Shown piece by piece: positions 8,834 through 19,112 of a DNA stretch of 47,059 nucleotides. Both the position numbers and the translations under genes were made by a program. The notes beneath the pieces were generated by a model that made no database searches, was not told the origin of the DNA, and worked only from the letters and a program-made list of their open reading frames with translations. Within the stretch, counting starts at the first letter, position 1. Each line of letters starts with the position of its first letter. The stretch comes from a bacterium (GTDB taxonomy: Bacteria > Patescibacteriota > Microgenomatia > Levybacterales > UBA12049), in contig JAJXYH010000019.1 of the NCBI GenBank assembly GCA_021780675.1, positions 1 through 47,059 on the forward strand, read 5' to 3'.

Positions 8834-10232
8834 AAACATTCACTTTGTCGGAATTAAAGGCGTCGGGATGACACCGCTTGCAATTATTGCCAAAGAGGCC
8901 GGTTTTGCAGTTACGGGTTGTGACACTCAAGATAGTTTTATAACGGATGAGCCGTTGAAAAAAGCAGGTATTAATCCGCTTGTAGGTTTTGATAAGTCAC
9001 ATGTTGTAAATGCCGATTTGGTAATAACAACAGGAGCAAATGGCGGTTTTGATAATCCTGAAAACTTGGAGGCTAAAAATCTAGATATTCCCATATTAAC
9101 ACAGGGTGAAGCAATTGCTAAATTTCAAAGCGGTGAATTTTTCGGTAAAAAATATGAAGGAATATCTATCGCAGGAACCCACGGAAAGACAACAACGACA
9201 GCAATGATTGCAGTTGTCTTAAAAGCGAACAAGCTTGACCCTTCTTTTGCAGTTGGTACAGGAATGATCCCGTTTTTGGATTCCGATGGACACTTTGGAA
9301 AGGGAAAATATTTTGTGGCGGAGGCAGATGAATATGCGACAGAACCCAAGTATGATAAAACACCCAAAATGCTACTGCAAAAGCCCAATATAGGCGTAAT
9401 TACCAATATTGAATACGACCACCCCGATGTTTATGCATCTTTAGAAGATTTAAAACGCGCATTCCTAAAGTTTGCAGAGGGAATAAGTAAGGATGGAGTT
9501 TTAATTACCAATATAGATAACGAAAATGTAAGAGAGCTTCTTAGATTCTATAAAGGAAATGTTATTACTTATGGATTTTCTAAAACAGCCGAGTTTGTCT
9601 TAACAAGGGTAAATATTGAGCAAGATAAAACATTTTTCTGGATAGAAAGAAATGATGTAAGTTTAGGTGAATTTTCAATTAATGTGTCCGGAGAACATAA
9701 TGCGCTTAACGCTTTGGCTGCAATTATTTCCTGTACAGAACTGGGATTACCGATAGAGCAAATAAAAAAGGGACTACTTTCTTTTAAAGGCACTAAAAGA
9801 AGAATGGAGTATATAAAAACAACTTATCAGGGAGCGTTAGTGTTTGATGATTATGCACATCATCCGACTGAAATACGGAAAACCTTAGAAACTCTTAGGA
9901 AAACCTATCCGAGTAAAAAAATTGTTTGTATTTTTCAACCGCATACATATTCGCGTACGAAATCTTTATTTGAACAATTTAAGAGTTCATTTACCGATGT
10001 TACAGAGCTAATTTTAACTAAGATTTACTCTTCCAAACGGGAAACTCCCGATCCGTTAGTTTCATCCGAAATTTTAGCCCAGCAAATTTCAACTACAAAA
10101 AACGGTGTAATATATACAGAAAACTTGGAAGATGTGGTAAAATATGTCGTTTCGAAGGCTTATGGTAGAGAATATATAATAATTACCATGGGAGCAGGGG
10201 ACGTATATAAAATTTTGGAGGAAATAAACTAA
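8820..10232 (+). CDS. murC: UDP-MurNAc:L-Ala ligase MurC
   Basis: HFVGIKGVGM, GTHGKTTT, EADE, DHPD, DDYAHHPTEI, FQPHTYSRT, MGAGD. Confidence 0.96.
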   Translation: MKKIKNIHFVGIKGVGMTPLAIIAKEAGFAVTGCDTQDSFITDEPLKKAGINPLVGFDKSHVVNADLVITTGANGGFDNPENLEAKNLDIPILTQGEAIAKFQSGEFFGKKYEGISIAGTHGKTTTTAMIAVVLKANKLDPSFAVGTGMIPFLDSDGHFGKGKYFVAEADEYATEPKYDKTPKMLLQKPNIGVITNIEYDHPDVYASLEDLKRAFLKFAEGISKDGVLITNIDNENVRELLRFYKGNVITYGFSKTAEFVLTRVNIEQDKTFFWIERNDVSLGEFSINVSGEHNALNALAAIISCTELGLPIEQIKKGLLSFKGTKRRMEYIKTTYQGALVFDDYAHHPTEIRKTLETLRKTYPSKKIVCIFQPHTYSRTKSLFEQFKSSFTDVTELILTKIYSSKRETPDPLVSSEILAQQISTTKNGVIYTENLEDVVKYVVSKAYGREYIIITMGAGDVYKILEEIN

Positions 10233-10233
10233 T

Positions 10234-11577
10234 ATGGACAAATTTATTGTAAAGGGAGGAAAAAAAATGCGGGGAACGGTTAACGTGTTTGGTTCAAAAA
10301 ATGTAGCTACAAAATTATTAGTTGCAGCATGTTTAACAGATGAGGAGATAGTTATCGAAAATTTACCTCTTATCTCAGACGTTTTAATAATGATTGAAAT
10401 AGTGAGGCATTTAGGCGGAGAAGCTAAAATCATTGACCACAAATTAAAAATAAGAATGAATAAATTTCTAAGTGAGAAAATTTCTCTGGAAAAAGCAGCA
10501 GAAATAAGACCATCGTTTATGTTTTTGGCGCCGCTTTTAGCCCGTAAAAAAGTTGCAATTATTCCTAATCCCGGTGGATGCAGGATTGGAGCAAGACCAA
10601 TAGACAGGGTCATAGACGGACTTAAGCAAATGGGCGTTAAGATTAAATATGAAAGTAAAGACGGATATTTTCATGCTCTGGCGCCTGATGGTTTAAAAGG
10701 AACATCTTATAAATTTGTAAAGAGTACTCATACGGGAACGGAAACAATGATACTGGCCGCCACAAACGCAAAAGGTAAAACAATTTTGGAAAATGCGGGG
10801 CAGGAGCCTGAAATTGATGAGCTTATTGCACTTTTAAATAGAATGGGTGGAAAAATTAAAAGAGATACACAAAATCCAAGAAGAATAGAAATAGATGGAG
10901 TAAGAAAATTGCACGGAGCAAAGTTTATTATTGCTCCAGATAGAAATGAGATTGTAACTTTTGCATGTGCGGCATTAGCAACACGAGGAGATATATTTAT
11001 TGAAAATATTACCAAAAAAGGAATTGAAGAATTCTTAGAACTTTTCGAAAAAATTGGAGGGCACTATGAAGAAAAAAATAAAGGAATAAGATTTTACTAT
11101 AAAGGAAAATTAAAAGCACAAGATGTTACGACAGGATATTATCCCGGTTTTATGACAGATTGGCAGGGTCCATGGTCTGTTGTAATGCTTAAATCGGAAG
11201 GAACATCGATACTTCATGAAAGAGTTTATGAAAATAGATTTACTTATGTTGAAGATATAAATAAAATGGGCGCAGAAATAGAGCTTTTTAATCCGCAGGT
11301 TAAAGACCCCAAAAAATATTATAATTTTAATTACAAAGACGGAAAAAATTTCTTTCATGCAGCCAGAATTACTGGTCCAAAAGAATTGCATAATGCAATT
11401 TTAAATATTTATGATTTAAGAGCAGGAGCAACTTTGGTTCTTGCAGCCTTGGCAGCTCAGGGTGAAAGTGTTTTACTAGGGATTGAGCACTTGGATAGGG
11501 GATACGAAGAGTTTGATAAAAGACTTAAAAAATTAGGCGCAAACATAAAAAGAGTAAAAGAAGAAATTTATGAATAA
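10234..11577 (+). CDS. murA: UDP-GlcNAc enolpyruvyl transferase MurA
   Basis: GSKN, PGGCRIGARPID (catalytic-loop Cys), EPEI, PGFMTD, DLRAGA, DRGYE. Confidence 0.96.
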   Translation: MDKFIVKGGKKMRGTVNVFGSKNVATKLLVAACLTDEEIVIENLPLISDVLIMIEIVRHLGGEAKIIDHKLKIRMNKFLSEKISLEKAAEIRPSFMFLAPLLARKKVAIIPNPGGCRIGARPIDRVIDGLKQMGVKIKYESKDGYFHALAPDGLKGTSYKFVKSTHTGTETMILAATNAKGKTILENAGQEPEIDELIALLNRMGGKIKRDTQNPRRIEIDGVRKLHGAKFIIAPDRNEIVTFACAALATRGDIFIENITKKGIEEFLELFEKIGGHYEEKNKGIRFYYKGKLKAQDVTTGYYPGFMTDWQGPWSVVMLKSEGTSILHERVYENRFTYVEDINKMGAEIELFNPQVKDPKKYYNFNYKDGKNFFHAARITGPKELHNAILNIYDLRAGATLVLAALAAQGESVLLGIEHLDRGYEEFDKRLKKLGANIKRVKEEIYE

Positions 11578-12307
11578 AACAATAGGAGCGATAATACTTG
11601 CTGCGGGTAAAGGTACCAGAATGAAATCTAAGCAAATAAACAAGGTCGCGCTTCACTTAGCAGATAAACCGATGATCTTACATACGGTTGAATTTTTAAA
11701 AGACAATAATATAAAAAATATTGTGGTAGTAGTCGGTTTTGCGAAAGAGTCGGTAATGAAACTTTTAGACGGCGGGGTAATTTTTGCAGAGCAAAAACAA
11801 AGGTTAGGGACTGCACATGCCGTTTCAACAGCAATTAAAAAATTGTCAGGAGAGGTTAAAGAGGTTTTGGTCTTAAATGGAGATGATTCCGCTTTTTATA
11901 CGAGTGAGATAATTAATAAGCTTGTTAATAAACATATTAAAGACCAAGCGGCTTTTACGTTTTTAACAATTAAAAAAAATAATCCTCTTGGTTTAGGAAG
12001 GGTTGTAAGAGATTCAAAAGGAAAAGTGCTGGCAGTTGTGGAGGAAAAAGACGCGACTAAAGCACAAAGAAAAATCACCGAAGTTAATCCCGCATGTTAT
12101 ATTTTTAAAGTCTCTTTTTTAAAAAAATATTTAAAAAAAGTTAAGAAAAGCCCGATTACCGGTGAATATTACTTAACCAGTCTTATAGATTTGGGTATAA
12201 AAAATTATGAAAAGATAGAAACGCTTGCCGCGGGAAATCTTTTATGGAGAGGTGTTAATACACAGGAAGAGCTTTTAGAGGCTCAAAAATTAATCAAAAA
12301 AAATTAG
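11570..12307 (+). CDS. GlmU-like sugar-1-phosphate uridylyltransferase, N-terminal domain only
   Basis: LAAGKGTRMKS, LGTAHA, LNGD, IVEEKDA-like, GEYYLT; ends at 245 aa with no hexapeptide acetyltransferase domain. Confidence 0.88.
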   Translation: MNKTIGAIILAAGKGTRMKSKQINKVALHLADKPMILHTVEFLKDNNIKNIVVVVGFAKESVMKLLDGGVIFAEQKQRLGTAHAVSTAIKKLSGEVKEVLVLNGDDSAFYTSEIINKLVNKHIKDQAAFTFLTIKKNNPLGLGRVVRDSKGKVLAVVEEKDATKAQRKITEVNPACYIFKVSFLKKYLKKVKKSPITGEYYLTSLIDLGIKNYEKIETLAAGNLLWRGVNTQEELLEAQKLIKKN

Positions 12308-12371
12308 TTCTCATATACAATTTGATATAGATTTATTGAATAAGCTAACTTCAAGTATTATAATATAATCT

Positions 12372-13385
12372 ATGGCCCAACTATTAGGTTTTACTTTGCT
12401 TTCCCTAGTAATCACAGCGCTTCTTATAGTTCCTTTTATAGACTTTTTATATAAAATTAAGCTAAGAAGACAAGACCAAAAAACCGTAGATCTATTTAAT
12501 AAACCGACACCCATTTTTGATAAATTTCACGCCTGGAAGGTGGGTACTCCATTTGGCGGAGGACTGCTTATAATTATCATAGTTTCTGTTCTTTTCTTAT
12601 GGTCTTTTGGTGTTTTAAACGTGGATGTTAGCTTATGGGAAATTTTCGTAATCCTTTTCACATTTATTAGCTTTGGGGTTCTGGGGTTTTATGATGATGT
12701 TAAAAAATTGATAAATGGAAGGGACAATATTAATTTTTTTGGTTTAAGGTTTAGACATAAATTTATTCTTCAGTGCCTTTTAGCTGTTGTTCCCGCAACT
12801 ATTTTATACACGCATCTTGGTTATAGTTTTTTGTTTGTACGGGGCTTGGGGCAAGTTAATGTAGGATTTTTGTATATTCCGTTTGCAGTATTTGTGATTG
12901 TATCTTTTGCAAACGCCTTTAATATTACTGACGGTCTAGACGGCTTAGCGCCCGGACTACTGCTAATTGCACTGGTTGCATTCCTTTCGATTTCATTTGC
13001 TAATGTTGAGCAGAGCCTTGGACTTTTTATTGCTATACTTATGGGCAGCGTTGCTGCCTTTTTATATTTTAACGTGTATAAAGCGAGGATTTGGTTAGGT
13101 GACGTAGGATCTATGTCACTCGGCGCGTCTTTGGCAATAATTGGACTTTTAACCGGCAAAATTTTGGCAATTGCCATTATTGGAGGGGTTTTTGTTTTAG
13201 AGGTAGGTTCATCTTTAGTTCAAATTTTAGGGAAGAAATTTTTAAAAAGAAAAATATTGCCGATTGCACCCTTACATTTATATTTTCAAAAAAGAGGTTG
13301 GGATGAGCCAAAAATCGTAATGCGCGCCTGGTGGTTGGGGATTGTATTTGCAATACTTGGGTTATACCTTGCGTATTACAAATAA
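12372..13385 (+). CDS. mraY: Phospho-MurNAc-pentapeptide transferase MraY
   Basis: KVGTPFGGG, GFYDD, NAFNITDGLDGL, GDVGS, APLHLYF, GWDEPKIV. Confidence 0.96.
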   Translation: MAQLLGFTLLSLVITALLIVPFIDFLYKIKLRRQDQKTVDLFNKPTPIFDKFHAWKVGTPFGGGLLIIIIVSVLFLWSFGVLNVDVSLWEIFVILFTFISFGVLGFYDDVKKLINGRDNINFFGLRFRHKFILQCLLAVVPATILYTHLGYSFLFVRGLGQVNVGFLYIPFAVFVIVSFANAFNITDGLDGLAPGLLLIALVAFLSISFANVEQSLGLFIAILMGSVAAFLYFNVYKARIWLGDVGSMSLGASLAIIGLLTGKILAIAIIGGVFVLEVGSSLVQILGKKFLKRKILPIAPLHLYFQKRGWDEPKIVMRAWWLGIVFAILGLYLAYYK

Positions 13386-14455
13386 TGAAAAGAATTGATT
13401 TAGTTCTTCTAATATCCGTATTGTTTTTAACTCTTTTCGGATTGTTTATGATCTATGATGCTTCTTCCTATGTTGCATTTAGAGATTTTGCAGATAAATA
13501 TCATTACATAAAAGACCAATTTTTTTGGGTAATCTTGGGGGCTGTGGCGCTTGGGTTTTTTTCTCATTTTGATTATCACAAGTTCTACAATCTTGCTTTA
13601 CCGATCATGGTTTTTGCAATTGCGCTTTTAATATTGGTGTTTGTACCCGGTGTAGGGGTAAAATTATTGGGCGCAAGACGGTGGATTAATTTACACTTTA
13701 CGCTTTTACAGCCTTCTGAGTTTGTAAAGCTGGCACTATCTACCTACTTGGCAGCCTGGTTTTCGAATAAAGAAAAGGGGAGACTTTGGGCATTCCTATT
13801 ACTTTTGGCATTTATAATATTTTTGGTAATGCTTGAGCCGGATATGGGAACGGCGGCAATTATATTGTTTGAGGGAATTGTAATTTATTTTTTATCAGGA
13901 GCGAAAACAATCTATTTTGTAATAATGGGACCAGTTATTGCCGTTTTAGGACTAATTTTTGCAAAGCTTGAACCATATAGAGCAGCAAGACTTACTACTT
14001 TTTTAAACGTTTCTCAAAACGTTGATTCAACGTCATATCATGTTAGGCAAATACTTATTGCTTTGGGTTCGGGAGGTTTAACTGGGGTGGGGATTGGAAA
14101 TTCATTACAAAAGTATGCCTTTCTTCCTGAGAGTACCACCGATTCTATTTTTGCGATAATTGCAGAAGAGTTGGGTTTTTTGGGATCCCTAGCAATAATT
14201 TTTGTGTTTATAATTGTTATATGGAGGGGATTTAGGATTGCTACAAACGCAAAAGATCTATTTGGAAAATTATTGGCAGGGGGGATAATTTCGTTTTTAG
14301 CAGGACAAATAATGATTAACTTAGCAGCACAAACGGCACTGTTACCGCTTACGGGAATTCCTTTGCCGTTTATTTCTTATGGAGGTTCGGCTTTAATTAT
14401 CAATTTGGCAGCAATCGGAATTTTACTTAACATATCTAAACAAAGCAAAGTATGA
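13385..14455 (+). CDS. ftsW: SEDS polymerase FtsW
   Basis: GARRWI, QPSEFVK, EPDMGT, LPESTTDSIFAII, LPFISYGGS; start set at ATG 13385 overlapping the mraY stop. Confidence 0.95.
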   Translation: MKRIDLVLLISVLFLTLFGLFMIYDASSYVAFRDFADKYHYIKDQFFWVILGAVALGFFSHFDYHKFYNLALPIMVFAIALLILVFVPGVGVKLLGARRWINLHFTLLQPSEFVKLALSTYLAAWFSNKEKGRLWAFLLLLAFIIFLVMLEPDMGTAAIILFEGIVIYFLSGAKTIYFVIMGPVIAVLGLIFAKLEPYRAARLTTFLNVSQNVDSTSYHVRQILIALGSGGLTGVGIGNSLQKYAFLPESTTDSIFAIIAEELGFLGSLAIIFVFIIVIWRGFRIATNAKDLFGKLLAGGIISFLAGQIMINLAAQTALLPLTGIPLPFISYGGSALIINLAAIGILLNISKQSKV

Positions 14456-15540
14456 AAATTTTAATTACAGGCGGGCATTTGACGCCTGCACTTGCAGTTA
14501 TAGAAAAACTTAAAGGAAAACATGAAGTTCTTTATGTTGGTAGAAAACACGCTTTTGAAGGTGACAGCGCTATTTCTTTTGAATACCAAACCATTACAAA
14601 ATTGGGAATTCCATTTTATGAAATTAAAACCGGAAGATTGCAGAGAAAATTTACCAAGTACACTGTTTCTTCGCTTTTAAGAATTCCAAGCGGATTTTTA
14701 GGTGCTTATAAAATATTAATTGATGTTAAGCCGGATGTGGTCTTGGGTTTTGGAAGCTATGTTTCCGTGCCTGTGGGTATTGCCGCAAAATCATTAGGAA
14801 TACCACTGGTTATACATGAACAAATTCTTGCAGCTGGGTTTGCAAACAGAGTACTTTCGAAATTTGCAGATAAGATATGTGTTTCCTGGAAGTCTTCAGA
14901 AAGTTATTTTCCAAAGAAGAAAACTATTCTAACCGGAAATCCTTTAAGAGGTAGCGTATTGAATTTGAAAAATCAACAACAGGAAAAATCAATATACATT
15001 AGCGGCGGAAGTTTAGGATCTCATACTATAAATATGTTAATTTTAAAAATAATAAAAAAACTTTTAAAGGACTTTGTAGTTTTCCATCAGACAGGTGATT
15101 ATAAAAAACACAATGATTTCCAAAAACTTTTAGAGTTAAAGGAAACTTTACCAAAACAATTGGCTGATAAATACAAGTTAGTGAAATTTATGGATGTTGA
15201 TGAAGTATCCAAAAATATGTTGGCATCAAGTTTTGTAATAGGAAGATCCGGAATTAATACGGTAACTGAATTAATTTACCTTAAAAAAGCGGCGATTTTA
15301 ATACCTTTATCGTTAACCAAACACAGTGAGCAAATAAAAAATGCATACTTTTTTAAGCAAATCGGTCTTGGAGAAGTGTATTTAGAAGAAGATTTAGAAT
15401 CGGAAGGCCTCTACGATAAAATTATTAACTTTTATAAGAATATAGATAAATATCAATTAAAGGAAAACGTTCTAGTAAAAGAATCAGCAGATAAAATTAT
15501 TTCTGTACTTGAAGATGTTTATCCAAAAAAGGCTTCTTAA
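14452..15540 (+). CDS. murG: Lipid II GlcNAc transferase MurG
   Basis: ITGGHLTPA, IHEQ, TGNPLR, GGSLGS, GRSG, EQIKNA. Confidence 0.95.
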   Translation: MKILITGGHLTPALAVIEKLKGKHEVLYVGRKHAFEGDSAISFEYQTITKLGIPFYEIKTGRLQRKFTKYTVSSLLRIPSGFLGAYKILIDVKPDVVLGFGSYVSVPVGIAAKSLGIPLVIHEQILAAGFANRVLSKFADKICVSWKSSESYFPKKKTILTGNPLRGSVLNLKNQQQEKSIYISGGSLGSHTINMLILKIIKKLLKDFVVFHQTGDYKKHNDFQKLLELKETLPKQLADKYKLVKFMDVDEVSKNMLASSFVIGRSGINTVTELIYLKKAAILIPLSLTKHSEQIKNAYFFKQIGLGEVYLEEDLESEGLYDKIINFYKNIDKYQLKENVLVKESADKIISVLEDVYPKKAS

Positions 15541-15931
15541 AAAAGATCGAAATAAAAAACGAAAAAAACAATTAATATTTTCGGGTGTAATTATTTTATT
15601 TTTATTTGTTTTGGGAGTTTTTGTATACACTAATTTTTCCTTTGGCAGAAAAGTTTATATAAATCCGGTTTTGGAAAACCAACAAACAGGCACGTCTAAC
15701 TTGGAGCAAACATTAAAGGGTGCGAATATTAATTTTTCAAATATTAAATCGAATAATGACGGTTCATATAGTATTACACTATCGGATGGTGGTGAGGTAA
15801 TTTTGTCTTCAAAAAAAGACTTAAAGGCGCAACTATCCTCTTTACAATTAATACTTTCTAGGCTTACAATAGAAGGGAAGAAGCTTAAGATCGTAGATTT
15901 TAGGTACGATCGTCCTGTAATTTCATTTTAA
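15515..15931 (+). CDS. Short FtsQ/DivIB-like protein
   Basis: Basic N-tail, TM helix, C-terminal IVDFRYDRPVI (FtsQ D-L/F-R strand); lies between murG and ftsA. Confidence 0.65.
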   Translation: MFIQKRLLKKDRNKKRKKQLIFSGVIILFLFVLGVFVYTNFSFGRKVYINPVLENQQTGTSNLEQTLKGANINFSNIKSNNDGSYSITLSDGGEVILSSKKDLKAQLSSLQLILSRLTIEGKKLKIVDFRYDRPVISF

Positions 15932-15935
15932 ATTT

Positions 15936-17231
15936 ATGAGTGAAGGAAAAATAGTTGTCGCAATTGATATCGGTACTTCAAAAATTGTTACTTTAATTGC
16001 AAAAGTTGATGAAGATGTAAATGTTTTAGGTGTATCCGAGACGCAGGCTAACGGAATTAAAAAAGGTCAAATTGTAGATATAGATGAAGCTGTAATTTCA
16101 ATAAATAATTCCTTAGAAGCAGCTGAGCGAATGGCCGGTTATTCGGCCTCGCATGTTGTTGCGTCTATTGGCGGAAGCCATATTGAGTCACAAAACTCTA
16201 GAGGTGTTGTCGCAGTTGCAAGACCGGAAGGCGAAATTACGGAGAGTGATTTAGCAAGAGTGTTCGATGCGGCAAGAGCAGTATCTCTTCCCTCAAGTAG
16301 GGAAATTATTCACGTACTCCCCCGAAGTTACATTGTTGATGGTCAAGAAGGAATTAAAGACCCAATTGGTATGACGGGTGTTAGGCTTGAAGTTGATACA
16401 CACATAATTTCTGCTAACGCGGTATCAATTAAAAATATGGAAAAGGCATTTTCTAATGTTGGGGTTGATTTGGACGGAGTGGTTTTTAGCGGATACGCAA
16501 GTTCGCTTGCAACTCTTTCGGATACGGAAAAAGAATTGGGTGTAGTACTAGTTGATATTGGTGCCGGAACAACCGATATCTCGGTTTATGTGGACGGTTC
16601 GGTAGCTTATTCTTCCGTTCTTCCAATCGGCGCAAAACACATAACCAATGATCTTGCGATTGGTTTAAGGATATCTTTGGAGTCTGCTGAGAAAATTAAG
16701 TTGCATTTATCAATTCCCGCCAGGAAAGCAGTTAGAGTAGATCAAGAGGGAGAAAATGAAAGGACAGAAGAAAAAGTAGGTGACGAGGTAGATCTTTCAG
16801 ACCTTAATTTGCCTGAAGAATTAAAGAAAGTTTCTAAAAAAACCTTAGTTGATGGGATTATCAGACCAAGATTAAACGAAATATTTACAATGGTAGGTAT
16901 AGAAATTAAGAAAAGTGGTTTTATCGGACAAACTCCATCAGGGCTTGTTATTACCGGCGGCGGAGCAAAAACAACCGGTGTAACGGATGCAGCAAAAAGG
17001 ATGCTTGCAATGCCTGTTAGAGTTGCAATTCCAACAAATATAAAAGGGATAATAGACGAAATCCAAGAACCTTCTTTTTCAACAGTTGTTGGTTTAACAG
17101 TGTATGGCGGCGGTCTTGATGTACAAAATTCTCTTCCCTTTGGTTTTTCGATGCCAAAGATACCGGGTATAAAAATAGATAACAAGATTTTTTCTAAAGT
17201 AATTTCGTTTGTAAAGTCATTTTTACCCTAA
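15936..17231 (+). CDS. ftsA: Cell division protein FtsA
   Basis: DIGTSKI, DPIGMTGVRLE, VDIGAGTT, VITGGGA, C-terminal amphipathic helix. Confidence 0.97.
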   Translation: MSEGKIVVAIDIGTSKIVTLIAKVDEDVNVLGVSETQANGIKKGQIVDIDEAVISINNSLEAAERMAGYSASHVVASIGGSHIESQNSRGVVAVARPEGEITESDLARVFDAARAVSLPSSREIIHVLPRSYIVDGQEGIKDPIGMTGVRLEVDTHIISANAVSIKNMEKAFSNVGVDLDGVVFSGYASSLATLSDTEKELGVVLVDIGAGTTDISVYVDGSVAYSSVLPIGAKHITNDLAIGLRISLESAEKIKLHLSIPARKAVRVDQEGENERTEEKVGDEVDLSDLNLPEELKKVSKKTLVDGIIRPRLNEIFTMVGIEIKKSGFIGQTPSGLVITGGGAKTTGVTDAAKRMLAMPVRVAIPTNIKGIIDEIQEPSFSTVVGLTVYGGGLDVQNSLPFGFSMPKIPGIKIDNKIFSKVISFVKSFLP

Positions 17232-17285
17232 AGTTTTACTAAAGGGTCTGCCTTAAAAATTCTGTCTCAAAAGAATATACGGAAC

Positions 17286-17315
17286 TTGCAAATTTAATGT
17301 TAATTTGCTAGTATC
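17286..17315 (+). promoter_or_regulatory. Putative ftsZ promoter with an inverted repeat in the spacer
   Basis: TTGCAA, 17 nt, TAGTAT; GCAAATT (17288-17294) / AATTTGC (17302-17308). Confidence 0.5.
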
Positions 17316-17326
17316 CAGAAACAAAT

Positions 17327-18460
17327 ATGTTAATTAAACCGCAGACAACAAATTTTGCAAAAATAAGGGTGATGGGAATCGGTGGAGGTGGCGGAAATGC
17401 CTTAAATTCGATGATTTCCCAAAGCACGATCCAGGGTGTTGATTTTATTTGTGTAAATACCGATGCACAGAGTCTTCTTTTAAATCAGGCAGCAACTAAA
17501 CTTCAAATTGGAGAAAATTTAACCAAAGGTCTTGGGTCGGGCGGAAATCCGGATATAGGAAAAGAAGCAGCAGAAGAATCTTACGAGAAAATAAAAGAAT
17601 TAATTAATGGTACAGACATGATTTTCTTAACTGCGGGAATGGGTGGAGGAACAGGAACAGGTGCAACCCCTGTAATTGCAAGAGCTGCAAAAGAGGTTGG
17701 CGCATTAACAGTTGCTGTTGTTACCAAACCATTTGCGTTTGAAGGAACAAGGAGAATGGTTGCAGCAGAAGACGGGATAGAAGAGCTTAAAGATAAGGTC
17801 GATACTTTAATTATTATCCCAAACCAAAGGATATTAGACGTTGTCGATAAAAAACTTTCGCTTTTAGAAGCATTTAAAGTTGCCGATTCGGTTCTTACAC
17901 AGGGTGTACAGGGAATTTCCGATCTTATTACTTTACCTGGGCTTATTAATGTAGATTTTGCCGACGTTAGGACAATTATGTCCAATGCAGGGAGCGCGTT
18001 AATGGGAATAGGAACCGGAGTTGGGGAAAACAGGGCACAAGCTGCGGCAAGAGCGGCGGTTGCATCTCCGCTTTTAGAAATTTCCATGGACGGAGCAAGA
18101 GGAGTGTTATTTAATATCATCGGAGGACCGGATTTAACCATGAACGAGGTTGATGAAGCGGCAAAAATTGTTGCTTCAGCTGCCGATCCTGATGCAAATA
18201 TAATTTTCGGAGCTACAATTGATGAAACGATGCATGATCAGCTTAAGATCACCGTAATTGCAACAGGATTTGATTCAACCAGGCAAACTCTTAAGGAATT
18301 TATGACGCCAACTATTAATAGAGTTATGGAGCAAAGCCAACAGCAGGTAAATAATCAGACAAATACGGTACAAGAGCCTCCAATGCCTACAGAAGCGCCT
18401 GCAGCGGAGGAAGAAGACGACGCATGGGACATTCCCGCATTTCTTAGACAAAAAAATTAA
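17327..18460 (+). CDS. ftsZ: Cell division protein FtsZ
   Basis: [31 protein letters not shown]-terminal DIPAFLR. Confidence 0.99.
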   Translation: MLIKPQTTNFAKIRVMGIGGGGGNALNSMISQSTIQGVDFICVNTDAQSLLLNQAATKLQIGENLTKGLGSGGNPDIGKEAAEESYEKIKELINGTDMIFLTAGMGGGTGTGATPVIARAAKEVGALTVAVVTKPFAFEGTRRMVAAEDGIEELKDKVDTLIIIPNQRILDVVDKKLSLLEAFKVADSVLTQGVQGISDLITLPGLINVDFADVRTIMSNAGSALMGIGTGVGENRAQAAARAAVASPLLEISMDGARGVLFNIIGGPDLTMNEVDEAAKIVASAADPDANIIFGATIDETMHDQLKITVIATGFDSTRQTLKEFMTPTINRVMEQSQQQVNNQTNTVQEPPMPTEAPAAEEEDDAWDIPAFLRQKN

Positions 18461-18519
18461 ACCACCAAATTCTTCTTTAAATTGATTTTTGCTTATATAA
18501 AGTGTATAAGAAAATTAAG

Positions 18520-18978
18520 ATGACTAAAAACAAGCAAGAAGAAGACGGGTTATATTTTACAAAAGATAAATTTTTTGCTGTAATATTGATTTTTGCTATC
18601 CTCTTGTTAGTTTATTTTTTAACTAAAAATAGCATTTATCTTGGGAATCCGGTAGCTAAAAGTTCTACTTCCACAATTACCTTACCTTCGATTAGTCCAA
18701 CTTTAACAACGGCACCCACTTTAACAGATACCCCTACGCCAATACCTTTACAACAAGCTAAGTATTTCGTAGGACCATTATATTGCCCTAAAGTGTATTT
18801 GTCCGGCGTAACGCCTTGTGTTGATCAATATAAAACTCCGGTAGCATGCGTTTCCATGTTACACCCTGATGGAAGTCCCATTATTAATCTAATTTGTGGA
18901 ATACCTAATAACTCAAATAGCGTTAAGTCGTGTATAAATTATATGAATAATCCAAATGTTGTAATATGCCCCCAATAG
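18520..18978 (+). CDS. Membrane-anchored hypothetical protein with S/T/P linker and six-Cys C-terminal domain
   Basis: TM helix, PTLTTAPTLTDTPTP linker, six Cys in the last ~65 aa; TTGATT-17-TATAAG promoter favours ATG 18520. Confidence 0.7.
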   Translation: MTKNKQEEDGLYFTKDKFFAVILIFAILLLVYFLTKNSIYLGNPVAKSSTSTITLPSISPTLTTAPTLTDTPTPIPLQQAKYFVGPLYCPKVYLSGVTPCVDQYKTPVACVSMLHPDGSPIINLICGIPNNSNSVKSCINYMNNPNVVICPQ

Positions 18979-19112
18979 CAAAAAACTTCACAAAATATAA
19001 CCTTATAGTTAATCAATTAGCCTCAAGACAAACTAGAAAAAAATATTTAGCCTCAAATATATATCGTAATTATATGTTGTGCGACATAAAATAAATTTTA
19101 TAACCCTAGTTA

